Source of the DNA: Squalus acanthias
Lineage: Eukaryota
Assembly (NCBI GenBank): GCA_030390025.1
Contig: CM059432.1
Location: 18,540,001 to 18,604,000 of the forward strand
Reading direction: 5' to 3'
Length of the DNA stretch: 64,000 nucleotides
Every line of letters begins with the position of its first letter. The first letter of the stretch is position 1. The notes under the pieces are model-generated. The model saw nothing but the letters and a program-made list of their open reading frames with translations, was not told the origin of the DNA and did not search any database. A program made the position numbers and the translations under genes. This document shows positions 58,281 through 64,000 of this stretch, piece after piece.

Positions 58281-59183
58281 ATTCCATTGTACATAAGAAC
58301 ATAAGAACAAAAGAAATAGGAGTAGGAGCAGACCATTCGGCCCCTCGAGCCTGCTCCGCCATTTAATGAGATCATGGTTGATCCGATTTTGGCCTCAACT
58401 CCACTTTCCTCCCGCTCCCCATAACCCTTGACTCCCCTGTTGCTCAAAAATCTGTCTATCTCAGCCTGGAATATATTCAATGACTCAGCTTCCATAGCTC
58501 TCTGGGGTAAAGAATTCCAAAGATTCACGATCCTCTGAGAGAAGAAATTCCTCCTCATCTCCGTCTTAAATGGGTGACCCCTTATTCTGAGACTCTGCCC
58601 CCTCGTTCTAGATTCCCCCACGAGGGGAAACATTCTCTCAGCATCTACCCTGTCCAACCCCCTCAGAATCTTATATGTTTCAATAAGATCACCTCTCATT
58701 CTTCTAAACTCCAATGAGTATTGGCCCAACCTGCTCAACCTTTCCTCATAAGACAACCCTTCCATCCCAGGAATCAACCTAGTGAACCTTCTCTGAACTG
58801 CCTCCAATGCAAGTATATCCCTCCCTAAATAAGGGGACCAAAACTGTACGCAGTACTCAAGGTGTGGTCTCACCAGCGCCCTATACAGTTGTAGCAAGAC
58901 TTCCCTACTTTTATACTCTATCCCCCTTGAAATAAAGGACAACATTTCACTTGCCTTCCTAATTACTTGCTGCACCTGCAAGTTAATGTTTTGTGTTTCA
59001 TGTACGAGGACACCCAAATCCCTCTGTACCGCCGCATTCTGTAGTCTTTCTCCATCTAAATAATATTTTTCTTTTCTATTCTTCCTACCAAAGTGGATAA
59101 CTTCGCATTTTCCCACATTATACTCCATCTGCCAAATTCTTGCCCACTCACTTAACCTATCTATATCTCTTTGCAGACTCTTT

Positions 59184-59918
59184 GGGCTCGATTTTGTCAT
59201 GGGGCGGGCTGGGGTCGTGTCATCCGCTTTTCGTGTTAGCCACCCGACTCCAATTGGATGTGGGAGAATTATTCGATTTTCCCCTAATTGGGCAATTGAG
59301 TTCCAGCATGTGGGAACCCATGACCCAATTAATTTTTTCAGTCTGAAAGTCGCCTCATCATTGCTGCTGCATTTAAGGTCTGCAAAGACTGGGAAGCTTT
59401 TGGCCTTTGCTGTGAGAGGGACCTGGAGGCAAAATGAGCAGCAGGTGACCTAAGTCTGCTCCCAGATTTTTTTTGTACCACCACCACCACCACCACCACT
59501 ACTACTACTCCAAAGTTCCACAACAATGGTTATGACTGCTAAAAGTTCCCCCAGAATGATGATTGATCAAATCTCCTTCTTAATGGTGGAGCTGCAGCTG
59601 ATAGTCAGCAATCCAAGTGTGCTACCGCCAGGTTTCACCGTCGTGTTTCAGAGGAGGCGTGCATCACGTCGGAAAAGTGTTAAAATCAGAAAGGCCTCTC
59701 AAAATGGGATTATAGAGGCAATTAAGTGGTTGTTAAGGGCCTTAAGGGCCTATCCTGCCTCTTGGAGGCGGGACGGAGACAGGATCAGAAACCACACATT
59801 TGGGAAAATTGCTTGGAGGCGGGATGGAGGCGGGGTCGGGCCCGCCAGCCATTTTTTGCAATTTTAACACCTCACACGCCTCCATTCCCGCCTCCTCGGG
59901 CCTGGCAAAATCGAGCCC
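59184..59918. mobile_element. MITE derivative of the 51688-54992 Harbinger family
   Basis: Same TIR GGGCTCGATTTTG and both subterminal regions; TTT TSD. Confidence 0.9.
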
Positions 59919-60641
59919 TTTATGTCCTCCTCACAACTTACTTTCCCACCTATCTTTGTATCATCTACAAATTTGGCTACAATACACTCGCTTCCTTCAT
60001 CCAAGTCATTAATATAGATTGTAAATAGTGGCGGCCCCAGCACTGATCCCTGTGGCACCCCACTAGTTACAGATTGCCATCCTGAAAATGACCCATTTAT
60101 CCCAACTCTCTGCTTTCTGGTAGTTAGCCAATCCTCTAGCCAATCTAATATATTACCCCCAACACCATGAGCTCTTATCTTATGCAGTAACCTTTTATGT
60201 GGCACCTTGTCGAATGCCTTTTTGAAATCCAAATACACTACATCTACTGGTTCCCCTTTATCCACGCTGCTCGTTACCTCCTCAAAGAACTCTAATAGAT
60301 TTGTCAATAACGATTTCCCTATCATAAAACCATGTTGACTCTGTTTGATTGTATTATGATTTTCTAAATGCCCTGCTACTACTTCCTTAATAATGGATTC
60401 AAGCATTTTGCCAATGACAGATGTTAGGCTAATTGGCCTATAGTTTCCTGCTTTCTGTCTCCCTCCTTTTTTGAATAAGAGCGTTACATTTGCGGTTTTC
60501 CAATCCGCAGGGGCTTTTCCAGATTCAAGGGAATTTTGGAAGATTACAACCAATGCATCCACTATCTCTGTAGCCACTTCTTTTAAGACCCTAGGATGCA
60601 GGCCATCACGTCCAGGGGACTTGTCAGCCTTTAGACCCATA

Positions 60642-61419
60642 GGGGGGAATTTTGCCAGCCCTGGGGAGGCGGGTAAGGAGGTGGGACTGCCGGGAAAATG
60701 GCAGAATCTGGGGGCGGGTACCCATCCCGCCCCCAATCCGCCTCCGTGCTATCTTCCCAGGAGGCGGGTACCCGACAGGTAGTTAACAGGCAGTTTTTTT
60801 GAGAATCCCTATTTTCAGCCCTGAAGTGTGGGCTTCCCGACGGCTCCAAACCTCACCAGGGTCAGTGAGGCGGGCCGTCAGTCTGCGAGGGTCGGAGGGG
60901 CCGAGACGCCCGGTGTGCAGGTGAGTGATGAGTGCAAGTGTGGAGAGGTAAGTGTGTGAGGTGTGTAAAGTGTTTTAATAAGTTTTACTTACCTTTACTT
61001 CTTCCTGCAGTCTTCCTCCCTTCAGGTCTCGGGAGTCCCTCAGCTCACCGGCGCAGAAAGCAGAATGGCCGCTGAGCTGTCAAAAGCTGCAGCCTCTGCT
61101 TCCTGCTCAGGAGAGCTCTGTAACTGAGCCTGAGTGGAAGGACTCAACTGAGAGGACAGATTGTCAGTGTTTGACAGCTTCACAGAGCCGTCAAACGCTG
61201 ACATTTCATCTGTCAAAAGCTCTTGACAGATGAAACGTCACTCGCTGACGTCACCTGCAACCGGCTTTCCCTTAATTGGCCTGCTAAGCCCACTGGGCGG
61301 GCTTAACAAGGTCATTCAAGAGAAAATAGCATGGGTTGGCCACAAGTCGATGGAGGCGGGCTAAAACCCGACAATGGGAGTCCCGCCTCCAAAAGCTCCC
61401 CATTGAGAAAATCCAGCCC
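60642..61419. mobile_element. Harbinger MITE H2 with non-matching ends
   Basis: Left GGGGGGAATTTTGCCA, right (reverse complement) GGGCTGGATTTTCTCA; ATA TSD. Confidence 0.88.
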
Positions 61420-61749
61420 ATAAGTTTGCCTAGCATTTTTTCTCTAGTGATAGTGATTGTTTTAAGTTCCTCCCTCCCTTTTGCCCCTTGATTTTCTTTT
61501 ATTACTGGGATGATTTTAGTGTCCTCTACTGTGAAGACAGATACAAAATATTTGTTCAATGCCTCAGCCATTTCCTTGTTACCCATTATTATTACCCCAG
61601 TCTCGTCCTCTAAGTGACCAATGTTTATTTTAACTACTCTCTTCCTTTTTATAAAGTTGTAGAAGCTCTTACTGTCAGTTTTTATATTTCTTGCTAGTTT
61701 ACTCTCATAAGCTATCTTTTCCCTCTATTATTTTTTTAGTCACTTAAAG

Positions 61750-62530
61750 TGTAGGGATGCTTTATGGTGCTGGTGTGGGGTGGTGTCAACCTGGCGCATC
61801 ATGTGGCAGCCAGGGTGTACAGTGTCAAGTGAAGTAAATCTGGCCATGATGATGCCATCGCTGGCCTCGCGGGCAGCAATGTTGTCGGGTGCTGATGCCC
61901 TGTGTCCTGTGCAGCATCAGGTGATTGCGGAGAAGTTTGATATTGTTGTTGGGGATGTTGGTGTGCCTGGTGATGTTGGTGTTGGGGCTGATCATCGAGG
62001 GATTCAGAGGATCAAGGTGAGTTTTTTTCAAGAGCACCGATGCTGCTGGAATAGATGGCAGCTGAAGCGATCTGCCAATGGTGAGAGAGCTTGCTCCAAG
62101 GAGGTGACAGTGGATAGAGAGTTTACTCCAAACACTTTCAAACTGCATACAGCTCAAAAGTGTTTTTCAACTCCTGGAGGCTCAAGCTTCTGTCATTGGA
62201 AAGTGACCAGCTGTGAAATGGTAGCTTTCATACCACTTTTGCAGCTGTCACCTATTCACAGCAATGGGGAGACATAGAGAACCCGACCTACTTCCCTGAC
62301 GTGATCTCCGAATGATGTGAACCCCGTTAAAAAAGTGTGAAATAGTAGTTAACAAGCATTTAACAAGAATTTAACTTTCTTAAAAGCATCCACCCCCCCG
62401 CTGCTTGGTGTCGGTTCTGTTCTGAAATCACAGACCCGGCACTTTGGAAACTTACATGGAGGCGGGTTCAGACCGGCTTCCCAATTGGAACTTTACAGCC
62501 ATATGGGAACCCACACCCGTGTTAAATTGG
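61750..62530 (-). mobile_element. Diverged Harbinger derivative
   Basis: Minus strand reads QHQHHQAHQHPQQQ...PDAAQ then NIAAREASDGIIMARF, resembling 52290-52444. Confidence 0.55.
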
Positions 62531-62599
62531 AGATGAATCATAGGGGGTTACCATCGACAATCATGGACAAACCATCATCATTATCATCATAGAAAGTAG

Positions 62600-62865
62600 T
62601 GAAACTGAATTCAATAAATCTGGTAATTTGTGGGTTCACACCTGAAAAAATGACCATGAAAGCCACTGATTGTTGTAAAAAAACCCTTGTTCACTAATGT
62701 CCTTCAAGGAAGGCAACCTACCACCCTTACTTGGTCTGGCCTACATGTGACTCCAGTCCCACACTACTGTATATAGTTGACTTTTAATGTTCTCAGGGAA
62801 ACTAGGGATGGACAATAAATACTGACTTATCAGTGTCACCCATGTCTCAAGAACAAATGTAAAGA
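62600..62865 (+). mobile_element. SINE-like repeat sharing the 3' tail of the LINE at 1042-2190
   Basis: AACTAGGGATGGACAATAAATACTGAC...CCCATGTC resembles 2123-2170. Confidence 0.55.
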
Positions 62866-63204
62866 AAGGGCACACAGCAGAGCGAATCTTTAATTCTATG
62901 TTTCTCTCTCCACAGATGCTGCCTGACCTGCTGAGTATTTCCAGCATTTTCTGTTTTTATAACATATGCATGTTCTTTGTTCTTGTGAGAGTTGAACAGA
63001 TTGTACCAAACGACTTTCATCATACTCAATGTTCTGCGAGCTCTATCTTGTGTGGAATAAAGCAGCTGACAAATTGAACCAAACGATGCCTCGCCTCGTG
63101 TTAACTCGGTCTGCCTTTGCAGAGATTGAGCGAGTACAACTGTGTGAGACACCAAGATCCAGTCCAGACCACAAGGGAGTTTCATTATAAAGTTGCCAGA
63201 AAAA

Positions 63205-64000
63205 GCAGTCAGCCTGAGGATTGGGATCTTTTTAGAAATCAGCAAAGGGGGAACCAAGAAATTGATAAAGAAAGGGAAAATGGAATATGAGCACAAACTA
63301 GCGAAAAATATAAAAACGGATTGTAAAAGCTTCTATAGGTATGTGAAAAGGAAAAGACTGGCGAAGGTAAATGTAGGTCCTTTACAGTCAGAGACGGGAG
63401 AATTTATAATGGGGACTGAGGAAATGGCAGTGAAATTAAATAAATATTTTGTTTCTGTCTTCACGGAGGAAGACACAAAAAACCTCCCAGAAATACGAGA
63501 ACAAGTGTGTGATGAAAATGAGGAACTTAAAGAAATTATTATTAGTAAAAAACAGTGCAAGCAAAATTAATGGGACTAAAAGTCAATAAATCTCAAGGAC
63601 CGGATGACCTACATCCTAGGGTTTTGAAAGAGGTGGCCATTGGGATAGTGGACGCATTGGTTGTCATCTTCCAAAATTCTATAGATTCTGGACGGTTCCT
63701 GCAGATTGGAGGATAGCAAATGTAACCCTGCTATTTAAGAAAGGAGGGAGAGAGAAAACGGGGAACTACAAACCTGTTAGCCTCACATCAGTAGCTGGAA
63801 TCTATTATAAAGGAGTCAATAAGTGGGCACTTAGAAACTAATAGTAAGATTGGGCAGAGTCAACATGGATTTATGAAAGGGAAATCCTGTTTCACAAACC
63901 TATTTGAGTTCTTTGAGGATGTAACTAGTGGAGTAGACAAAGAGGAACCGGTAGATGTGGTGTATTTGGATTTTCAGAAGGCCTTCGATAAAGTCCCACA
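63205..64000 (+). mobile_element. CR1 LINE ORF2 fragment running off the window
   Basis: KTDCKSFYRYVK...GPDDLHPRVLKE...QHGFMKGKSC...YLDFQKAFDKVP with several frameshifts. Confidence 0.9.

Larger units (their letters stand above)
58290..61745 (-). mobile_element. CR1 LINE ORF2 (RT) split by two MITEs
   Basis: ORFs 58250-59200, 59864-60736 and 61284-61586 join once 59184-59918 and 60642-61419 are removed; NYRPISLTS, YLDFKKAFDKV, GVPQGSVLGP, KFVDD. Confidence 0.92.

Overview
Eukaryotic, repeat-dominated intronic or intergenic DNA, most likely from a cartilaginous fish (inferred from SacSINE1/DeuSINE-type and HE1/V-SINE-type SINEs and shark-type CR1 tails). No host protein-coding gene could be identified with confidence. 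Main elements: (1) a young intact Gypsy LTR retrotransposon (8552-12992, minus) with identical 194-bp LTRs, a 5-bp TSD and one 1318-aa gag-pol ORF. It has no tRNA primer-binding site; an 11-nt segment complementary to its own LTR suggests self-priming, and its RT motif reads YLDN. (2) A near full-length Penelope-like element (RT plus GIY-YIG) and short derivatives of two Penelope families, each carrying a minimal hammerhead ribozyme motif. (3) A 1.48-kb solo LTR with foamy-virus-like organisation and two copies of a second solo LTR family. (4) A 3.3-kb PIF/Harbinger element keeping a spliced Myb/SANT gene but with its transposase core deleted, plus many Harbinger MITEs whose terminal inverted repeats appear swapped between ends. 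(5) Many CR1, L2 and RTE fragments and SINEs, with nesting up to four levels. All calls were made by eye, without database searches.
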